Below, one piece after another: positions 15,701-24,784 of a stretch of DNA of 64,000 bases (positions within the stretch are counted from its first letter, which is position 1; each line of letters opens with the position of its first letter). The translations under genes and the position numbers were made by a program. The stretch is from Raillietiella orientalis (lineage: Eukaryota). The notes beneath the pieces were generated by a model. That model did not search any database and was not told where the DNA came from. It worked only from the letters and a program-made list of their open reading frames with translations. The DNA is taken from contig JAYWIR010000029.1 of NCBI GenBank assembly GCA_036172245.1, positions 186,001-250,000 of the forward strand. The letters run 5' to 3'.

Positions 15701-18700
15701 TTGTATTGATTTAATGTATCATTTGCTTGGTTTTTCAGCCGTCGCCGTGTCTCCATTCTCAGGCAGGTGTTTTATCCTGCATGTTTACTTTTCTGCAAAT
15801 TGAATGAAGTTGAATTTGTGTCATGTGATCTTTAGTGTAGTAAAACTAACAGCTTGCACATCCTCCTGGCTTTTGAATTTGTAGTTAGTCATCTTGTTGT
15901 TCCACTTTTTATGGGGTTCTTTAAGTTTAACATTTTTTTTTTCTTTATAGATCTCAGACTTCCTTACAAGGAGATCCTGTGGATACTGAGGTTCAGTTAT
16001 CAAAAATGGATGTAGTTTTGTCCTTTGGCATTGAGGTAGGGAAATTATTTGAAAAACCAATGCTGAAAAACGCAGTAGGTTATCGTCATTGAAGTCCGAG
16101 GACTGAAATCCTTGCCTCCTAACAGAGTCGTCTATTGTACTATGGAAGTAGATGGCACTAAATTACAAACAGATCAAGCAGAGGCATCACGACCTATGTG
16201 AGAAGCTATTTGTACATTTGTTTAGTTTAGTTGCATTCACTTATTGTATACAGGTGGGATACTCAGGGTGACTTTACTACTACCAACCCTTTGCCAACGG
16301 TAAAGATCAAATTATATGCTGAGTCTGCTAGCATGTTGTCCTTGGATGATAAAGAACTAGGAAAAATTATTCTTCATCCAACTCCATTTTCTAACAAAGT
16401 ATCAGAACTAGGAAAAATTCCCCTTATTAACTTTTTTGCTTTCTAGAGCCCTGAATGGCATAAGATGTTGGTTCCTAAACATGTGGCAGATACAGATATT
16501 CATATTAAAGTTGCCTGCCGGATGGATAAACCTTTAAATTTGAAACATTGCGGGTAAGTTTAGAATAGAAATGAGCTGTTGATAAATGATCGTAGTTATC
16601 TGTATGCCCTGGGCAAAGGAGTATGGAAAAAATGGAAAAAACGTTATTTTGGATTGGTGCAAGTTTCTCAGTATACTTTTGCTATGTGTAGCTATCGAGA
16701 AAAGAAAGCTGAACCGGTAGAACTTCTCCAGCTAGATAACTACACAGTTGATTATATTGAAGCAGCCAGTGGTGAGTAGATCTTTGCCAAAAAAAAAAGA
16801 AGACAATTTCGAATTTTATTTTGCATTCAGTTTTTTTTGTGCATTATGCATTGTTATCGTTTTTGATTATTATCATGTCACTTTTGATTATTATTGCTTT
16901 TGGTTTCTAAAAACTTAACGCATTCATAAATCAGTTTTTATTTCTTCTTTGTTTTCTTGTAATTATCACCATGAATGTTTCTTTCAGCCAATCTAATGGT
17001 GGGCATGGGTGAGTAGTCTCAGTAGGTACAAAAAATTTGCAAAAGTAATTTTGCTAAGATTTGGAAGGCGGACGTTATTTTTTCAATGCAGTCAAAGAGG
17101 GAGATAGCGTCATTTTTGCCAGTGATGATGAAAATGAATATCATTTATGGGTGATGGCGTTGTATCGTGCCACAGGTCAAGCACACAAACCAACCCCACT
17201 TCTGATCCCTGCCAGTAATAGGAATTCAACAATTTCAAAATTGCAAGGAGGTAAAAGATTTTGCCAAATATTTTAATGGCTTGTGTAGATGCAGATCGAG
17301 CTCGCAAGCATGGCATGGAGGAATATATATGTGCTGATCCTTGTCAATTTGACCATCATGCCTTGTTTAAATCACTACAGGAAATGGCACTTGATTTCAG
17401 ACTTAAGGAACCATATTGCTCCCTGGTGAATATATCATTAGCATTGACTACATGTGATACTGTAAATCAGGGATGGTTCAGTCCAGGACAACTTCTAGTG
17501 CTTGATGAATATGTTTTGCGGTATGGTGTGCGGGGATGCTTTCGTCATTTGTATTATCTGGAAGATTTGTTAACAAGAGCAGAAAGTGGCATTATGATCG
17601 ATCCCAATCTTTTACATTTTAGTTTTGCTTATTGTGCCAGCCATGTTCATGGAAATAGGTAAAAAAAAAAAAAAAAATATTTTACTTCTATAACAAATGC
17701 TGAAAACAGACCTGACAATATTGAAACTGTGCTTCATGAAGAGAAACAGCGGTTCCAGCAGGTGAAAGAGAGACTACGTATTTTGTTAGAAAATCAAGTG
17801 ACAAGTTTTAGGTAAGATTCTTGTTAGAAGTTATCCCTACGAACCTTATTTCTTCACTAACATTTCTGTACTTGTTAACCCTAACAGGTATTCTTTCCCA
17901 TTTGGGAGACCTGAAGGAGCCCTCAAGTCAACGCTTTCACTCTTGGAACGTGTAGGTGTTTTTCAACTGTCTGTTTTTTTTTCCCCAAAGCACCATTTTC
18001 TCCCAATGACTCCATTGTTTATCTTGACCTTTAATGCTCTACCTTCCAGGTTCTTATGAAAGATATAGTTACACCAGCCTTGCCAGATGAAGTGCGCAAA
18101 GTAGTGCGTAAATGCCTTGAAAATGCAGCTTTGCTCAACTACGAACAGCTGACTGCTGATATGCAAATAGAAGGTGAACAATACAATTTTTATTGCATTA
18201 AGTTAATTCACTTGATTTCAGAAAATTTAGATCCTGAATCACAAGTACTTCCTTCAAAAAAATTAGAAGATTTAATTCATTTGGCTGAGTATTGTGTAGA
18301 TCTTTTACAGCATAATGAAGAGCATTATTCAGAAGTAAGTAGCATTGAAAAGCACTAAAGATGTTATCATCTCGCCAGGCCTTAGCATGGTTTAGTGATA
18401 TTGTGGTAGAGCATGAAGAGATTTTCTGGTCATTATTTGTTGTGGATATGGACCAAGTTTTAGAGGAACAATCATTAGACACTTGGGATGCGTTTCCATT
18501 GTTTCAAATTCTCAATGATTATTTATGTTCAGATGGTAAGGATGGCTCATTCCCCTATCGAAAAAAATTTTTTTCTCATCCTTCCTCGCAGAAAACTTGA
18601 AGAATGGACGATTCCATCAACATCTAAGAGATACATTCGCACCCATGGTGATTCGATATGTGGATTTAATGGAGTCGTCCATTGCCCAATCTTTATTCAG

Positions 18701-20305
18701 AGGGTTTGAAAAAGAGCGCTGGGAACAAAAAGGGTATGCTAGAAGAATCATTCTCGTTTTTCTTCATTGATACAATATGGTTCATTTTCGCCACCTGGAT
18801 TTTATAGGAATGGTTGTAACACATCAGAGGAACTTTTTTGGAAATTGGATGCTTTGCAGACGTTTATTTACGATTTGCATTGGCCTGATCCAGAGTTTGG
18901 TCACCATCTATGCCAGAGACTCAAGTCACTTGCCTGTGATATGCTTGAATCTTGTATCCAAAGGTAAACTCTTTGAAACAGGAAACACCAGTTTATTTTT
19001 TCATAGAACTGACGCTGCATTTCATCTTTGGTTGAAAAAAGGAGGCCTTTTTGCAGGCACAGATTATGTTTTGCCTGCTGAACTTTGCACTATGATTAAT
19101 GTGGTATTAGATACTAAAAACCAGTCTTATAAATTATGTGTTCTGGATGGTGTTGATTTAGTAAGTAAAATATTGATATTAATACAAAAATATTTCTGCT
19201 CAGCATCAGTACCACACCAAAATAGATGAACTAATCGAAAAGACAACCGTAGATATTGTTCAGAGTTTGTTGAATAAACTGCAGTCTGTCCTTGAAGGGA
19301 TATTAGGCAAACTAGCACGTTATGATGAAGGGAGCCTTCTTGGTTCCCTGCTTACATTAACGGTAGTAGATTTTACGTGTTTTTCCAACTGACTTTATGA
19401 CAGAGTGTATCTGGCTCTGGCCGGGAAGTAGGTCAAGCATACATTACATTTCTGCAAAACAATATGGAGCAAATGCGCACACGAATCAATGATGAAATGT
19501 GGCTTTTGGGTTTTTTTGAGGTAAATGATCTTGGTTTACTATTAGCAACAATCCATTAGCACTATTCTGTTTTGTCTAGCAATGGTATGCAAACCAAGTA
19601 CGTTTAATTAGTTCTTGGTTATCAGAGCGGTTGGATCATACTTTGCATCCTTATCAATGTACTTGTCTCTGTCACATCGTCAAGGTAATCTCGTTCTCAT
19701 TAGTTATTAGCACTGAATTAAGGGATGGGTGGGATAGGCTCTTCCAGAGGTATACTTTGCTTTGGGGGTCACTACTAAAAGGCGTCAGGCTCCAGCTCTT
19801 GCTGGTATTGATCAGCGTCTGGAAGCCATGATGGCCCATCTGTGAAGTCGGCCAGCCATAGGTAGTTTGGTAGTGGGGTGTGCTTGCTAACTTGGTGATG
19901 GCTGTGTGATATCAGAATATCTTATGCTAGTTTTCTTATGACTGTTGTTTTTTTTTTTAGAAACTCTACTCTGATTTTGAGCTGCAAGGAGTGGTAGAAG
20001 AAAAGCTCAATTCTCGAACTTACGAAACTATTCTGTTACGAATGCAGTCCGAGGAAGCAGCATGTGCCTTGCTCATGGATACCCACAAATCCACATCATT
20101 AGATTTTCAAGGATCTTTAAGGAAGTCTTCACATACAGCATCCTCTGGTTCTGCCTCTGCTCTTTGTATCAATTCAAACTCTGATTCCAATTATGTCACC
20201 AAGATTCACTCTGCTACATCTAATGTGGCAGGCCGTATGAGCAACATGTTGGGAAAATCAATTGGCTCATTTGCCAATAAATTTGGTGGTAGTGTTCGCT
20301 TTTGA
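6758..20305 (+). CDS. Cadps: Calcium-dependent secretion activator (CAPS/CADPS, UNC-31 orthologue) with C2, PH and MUN/MHD domains. Exons: 6758-6945, 10478-10595, 12653-12820, 12868-13043, 13101-13180, 13253-13398, 13444-13524, 13569-13738, (15739-15762), 15951-16035, 16079-16197, 16254-16398, 16447-16553, 16596-16771, 16988-17008, 17059-17250, 17289-17425, 17471-17658, 17710-17811, 17888-17951, 18050-18173, 18222-18334, 18379-18535, 18592-18733, 18808-18963, 19007-19160, 19204-19362, 19404-19520, 19580-19684, 19961-20305
   Basis: The spliced translation gives hallmark CAPS peptides: [10 protein letters not shown] start, [62 protein letters not shown] (C2), [32 protein letters not shown] (PH), [55 protein letters not shown] and DFELQGV. 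Introns are GT/GC-AG with consistent phases. Confidence 0.97.
15739..15762 (+). CDS. Cadps: Putative 24-nt CAPS microexon encoding (S)RRRVSIL(R)
   Basis: GC-rich 24-mer after tttttcag in an AT-rich intron. It is phase 2 to phase 2 between RRYNH and SQTSL if the GC donor (ag|gcaggt) is used. Confidence 0.55.
19738..19845 (+). CDS. Cadps: Putative alternative terminal exon of CAPS ([35 protein letters not shown])
   Basis: Phase-0 open segment after AG at 19736-19737, which gives a 53-nt intron from the 19685 donor. It aligns without gaps to the start of the canonical last exon. Confidence 0.6.
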   Translation, partial: ALPEVYFALGVTTKRRQAPALAGIDQRLEAMMAHL

Positions 20306-20561
20306 GAATTTTCGGATATTGCTCCTTTTAATCAGAAATAGACTCAGTATTGTGATGTTTTCTTATTCTTCTGATCCCTTTCATGTTTTGAAGTAACTAC
20401 ATTGATAAGAGTTATTACCATCCCATCCAGTTCTTTAGATTGAGACAGTGCTCCTTCATCTTTACATGCAAATGTTTCCAGTTAATCAAGTAATGATGCC
20501 TTCGATCTTTGATAATTTTTCTTAATCATTGTTATTGAATCATAAGAGATTTCTTTTGTAC

Positions 20562-20567
20562 AATAAA
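20562..20567 (+). promoter_or_regulatory. Candidate polyadenylation signal of CAPS
   Basis: AATAAA about 260 nt after the stop codon at 20305. Confidence 0.5.
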
Positions 20568-21292
20568 AAAAAATGCATTTTTGAATATGGTGTTTATATT
20601 AAAATTTAAAGCTATATGGGTGTCTTGGAGAACAGAAGAGTAAGCTTATTGGTAGTATTGATTAAAAAGTAGTATTGATTTTAAAAATTTGGTGAGCAAC
20701 TATTGGGAAATAAAAGCTAATTTGAAATGTGACTTACTTGCTCAAATTGTACATAATGCACAATTCGTTTCATTTAGTTGTATAATTATGTAATTATTTA
20801 TTGATAACTGTGTGTGACTTATTTGGCCCTAAAGGTCTATACAACTTTGGAATGTCATAAACTTCATTTTCAAAAGACAAGTGAGAAGTGATCTAGGGTT
20901 TTAAGCTCAGTGCAGAAGCATATGAGAAAGCAATCCTTGCAGAAGTATTTGCTACAAAGCATTAAATTGAAAATTGTCAATCAGTGTGTATAAAAAATTG
21001 ATACATTTGAAAGGAAACTATTGCAGCTAAACAAATTTTTGACAATTTTTTCATCAAGCATTTAATTTTGCTGAAGGGCTTTCATGCTTACTCTGAGATA
21101 TCTAGCTAATATCAGGATCCTAATTTGTTACAAGTCGAGATTTTCTATTTTTGTGAACTCTAAAATCAAACTAAGTGACTTCTTTCATGAATAGAAACCA
21201 TGATGAGATTTCAACACTATGTTTCTACCAAGATTGGATTTCAACTGTTGGATATTTCGTAGAGGAATATTCTTGTAGATATACTGCTGTAG

Positions 21293-22206
21293 ATGGTGTC
21301 TATGGCGGTTGTCTCTAGGAAACGAAAGTTTAGGGTGGCAACGGGTGTAGCGAAGAAGAGGAGGATATTTAGGAACCGTAGGGTGTTTAGGAGAAAGTGA
21401 TTGAAGAAGAGTTGTTGGCGGAAGCGACCGCGTGTGTCGAAACCTTTGAAGTGGAAGATGAGTTTTTTGAAGCGAGCGGTAGAGCGGATGACGATGATAG
21501 AGTGTCCGCATTACTGTTGTCACAGGATGAAAACAGGTGGAAAAGTCAACACAGCGTGGATGTTTAGTTATAGGGAGTTGGAAGGCGACGTATTGTCGTC
21601 ATTGAAGGATTGAATTTACAAGATTTGTGCAGATCCTTCCAGTACATCAAGTTCGTGGGAGTTCCGTATAAATTGGAGCCATTGACTCTTGGGAAGTCTG
21701 GTTCGACCATGGGAGAAGATTCGGGGCTTAAGATCTCTTATAGGAATATGATTTTGTTTGAGCCTGCAAGTGCTCCGGAGACAGCATGGAAGTTGGAGGG
21801 GAAGTCGTATGACGAGGTACAGTCGCACCTGAGTACTTACTCTGAGACCCCTGGTCATTGGAGGAAGTACTTTGGTGTGAAAGGAGTGAGGTGGTTCGTG
21901 AGATCGAAGTGTCGAATAAATATGCCGTATGAAGGTGGACCGAAGTATGTGTATCCGAGAAGTCCGTGGATGGAATGTGCACAAGGAGGATCATTAGACG
22001 CAGAGATGTATTGCAAGATTTACAAAGGACGGGTATATGTAATGAATCATATGTCAGGGCAGGAAATCCCGGACAACTTCAAGAACGGAGGGAACCAGGG
22101 TGTGTTTCCCGGCATAGGGACAATGAAGGCAGGAATGCCTGTGTATAGGCTATCCTCGAAATGTTATTTTGTTTTTAAAGGAGCGAGAGATAAAGGACTA
22201 TGTTAG
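21293..22206 (+). pseudogene. cap: CRESS-virus capsid-protein-like pseudogene
   Basis: ATG 21293 opens the Arg/Lys-rich arm MVSMAVVSRKRKFRVATGVAKKRRIFRNRRVFRRK*LKKSCWRKRPR, with an in-frame TGA at 21398-21400. After a frameshift near 21600, ORF 21610-22206 contains FQYIKFVGVPYKLEP, which resembles the circovirus-type F-x-Y-x-R/K-h-x-x-V-x-h-x-h-x-P strand. It is convergent with Rep. Confidence 0.75.
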
Positions 22207-22221
22207 TGATCTGATAAATGT

Positions 22222-23001
22222 TTATTTCGTCTTAGCAGGATACATCGGTAGCATCTTGGAGAGGAGAAGCTGGAGGAGTAGGCCTCTCGAATGGCATGAG
22301 GTTGCCTGCGTCGTCCATGAAGTTTTCTTTCGATTGGAATGTATGTCCAGGTCAATTATGGTCCAGCCATCCTAGCTCAATTTGGAGAAGTCAGATTGCC
22401 AATTAGCAAATACGATCACGTGGGATGTATCATAACACTTGATGGACCCCTGATATTTGGGGTCGAAGAGAATCCCGTTTTTCAGGGATTCGATAAATCC
22501 ATACTGGACGAGCTCCTTTGCATCGCGTGTGAAGTCGACGATGATAATCGACTCGCCATTGTAAAGATGGGCAGCGTCTGCCTTACAACTTTGCTTATAG
22601 ATGGCCTTTTTTATGAAAAAGAGATATTTAGCAAAGGTTGTTTTGCCTGCTTTGCCTCGTGAATCTTTGACCCAGTGAATCTTCCTTGTTCTGAGCAATT
22701 CAATGATGTCAAGCTGCCATGAGCGAAGACGTACTGAAGCCATCGAGTCGTTGCGGAAGATGCGGAAGCATTTCTTAATTAAATTAATGTCCCGCGAGTA
22801 AAACTTTGTCTAGTGTTCCAGGATGTACTTTTCGTTATACCCTGATTTGATAAGTTGAAGAATCTGGAAATAAAGATAAAGCAGTGATGTGATGAATGGA
22901 AGAGGTGAATTGATGGTTACCTTTTTCTCGTAGTTTTCTTCTGAGGGATTATCATCCAAGGCGCCGTATGTCCATGGATTAGGGTCTTGCTTGGAACAGT
23001 A
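22222..23001 (-). pseudogene. rep: Rolling-circle replication initiator Rep pseudogene, 5'-truncated; segments 23001-22921 and 22863-22222
   Basis: Contains RCR motif III YCSK (23001-22990), LRSWQ, Walker A region RKIHWVKDSRGKAGKTTFAKYL, Walker B IIIVDFTR, YGFIESLKNGILFDPKY, motif C HVIVFAN and KLS*DGW at the arginine-finger position (typically KLSxDRW). This is a nanovirus/alphasatellite-like SF3 helicase. Premature TAG codons at 22812-22810 and 22374-22372. The terminal TAA (22224-22222) overlaps a minus-strand AATAAA (22226-22221). Confidence 0.93.
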
Positions 23002-24784
23002 CTGTAGAGAAATAGAACAAACAATTCTCCGGAAAAATATTGAGAAATAAAAACTGGCTTAAAAATGAAAGCATTGATCCTAACTATTAGGCAATTACAT
23101 AAATAATTAAAATGAAAAAAGACAAATCACCAACCATCATCGTATGCAGTTCGAGTTTGCTAAGGAGTCACTAAGAGATGTTCAGATGAGTACATGGCAA
23201 TAATTACAGAAATAAAGGAAACGGTATTCAAGGAGGAAGTATTAACCATGCTAAGTCCTAATCTTGATGTTTACCTTATGTCCTTAGCATTTACATTGTT
23301 ATGTTTATTTTGTGAGCATAGCAATAAGAGCAGCATAAGCAGTTGCAGTTTCCCTAATTTGGAACCCTACAATATTTTTATTACTTTAGCAAATTAGGTA
23401 TGGGATCTCAAGCAACAGTTCATCGATTCTGCAGTAAAACAAAGAAATTAGCTAATTAATTACACACTTTGGAACGATAACTACAAAACAAGGAGAGAGC
23501 ATTTTCTTTTACATTAAACTTGAGAATGAAGCATTGTTAATAGTTACACTTGTATATTAATATGCTTAGCAAGAAACTCTGTAAAGAATTCCTATTAAGA
23601 TACAAGACATCAAGTGCTTGAAAGAGATTCACTAACAGTAAAGCTTTGTTGTGAGAGCATGGGGATCACTATCTGATGTACAGGTGTAAGTTTAGGTTAT
23701 CACTTGCCCACTATGGATAAGAGTTCGTTATGCCTTTCTTTCTTGTTCGTAATAACTCGAGTTTTACTGTATGTTTTTCCTTTCAGCACATAACTTTTGG
23801 TACTGAGGAAAGAACTAAATCCTTTCAATACAATAGCAACAGAAAATCTGCAATTAAAAACACAAAATGTGACAAAATCCAAAAGTTAAAAAACAAGAAC
23901 AGTGTCTCCTACAAAATCATTCCTAATGCGATGAAAGATCCTGAATAATTTCGGTTCCTTAATGTCCTCCTTGATTCATGAACATGGAACTGAGATAATT
24001 AGGAGTTAGTCTTTAAAAAGCTCCTAAATACCATGGAAAGAAATAGTACAGTTTTGATATTGCATACTCATTAATTATTAGGTGCGTATAAGTATGCCTA
24101 CCGCAAAAGATTTTGGAAAAAAATTTCTTTCTTGTGGACCTGTAATGCTTTTCATTCATGAATAGTCAGATACCAAATGTAATTAGCAAATACTGTGCAC
24201 AAGTAAGGTTTTTAATTTCCAAAAAATGAATTTTGGATGAATATCCAGAGGTACGAATTAGTATTTGGGTTGATTTTTCACCATGAATAATTTTGATTGT
24301 CATTGCAATAGGGAATAATTTTTGAAAAATACTTTAACTTTCTGATTCCTGAAAGATGGATTGAATTTTTCTTTTCTGAAAATTCCTGTAAAATATTTCT
24401 GTCTACACGAGCATTATAACGAATGGATCTTTCATTTCTAATAGGCAAAATTAATTTTTCTCTCGTATGTGCATTATTGATACACAACTGTGGAAATTTT
24501 TTTATAAGTTCCCTGCTTGATTGGTTTAAGCTCACCTTTTTTAAAGCTTAAATTTAAATTTCAGTTAGAGTTAATTTTAGTTATATCTGTGAAGGAAATT
24601 CTAATCTTTTGTTTAGTTAAGTTAAAACATAATCCTGAATACATATTGAGGTATGCTTTCATGTAATACAATGTGTGCCATTTTTTTTCCTCTCTTTAAA
24701 TTCGCAATGCGTATGTTTTGAGAGGTATGCGTTGTCTGATTGCATCGACTTGCAAAGTGTTTGCCCGTGCCATTAAATAGAACA

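Larger units (their letters stand above)
21287..23008. mobile_element. Endogenous viral element derived from a CRESS-DNA (Cressdnaviricota) virus; ambisense cap (+) and rep (-), both pseudogenised
   Basis: Visibly GC-richer island in AT-rich intergenic DNA between CAPS and GST. It carries a basic-N-terminus capsid-like gene and a convergent HUH/SF3 Rep whose stop codons are 15 nt apart. Confidence 0.92.

Noticed and set aside
13181..18221. Stop-free 3n introns (13181-13252, 17426-17470, 18174-18221) read through by the ORF track
   Set aside because: Expected by chance among many short introns; the conserved CAPS sequence is restored only when they are spliced out.
20652..20680. Direct repeat gtagtattgatt resembling the CRESS nonanucleotide TAGTATTAC
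   Set aside because: Mismatched at the nick-site bases, no flanking stem-loop, and about 600 nt outside the viral island in AT-rich host DNA.
21185..21523. 112-aa minus-strand ORF and a highly acidic alternate plus frame over the cap 5' end
   Set aside because: These are shadows of the AAG/AGG-rich capsid arm. The acidic frame has several TAG stops and no start, and the minus ORF has no Rep motifs I/II.
24075..24110. tattaggtgcgtataagt resembling a mariner terminal inverted repeat
   Set aside because: No partner inverted repeat or transposase remnant found.
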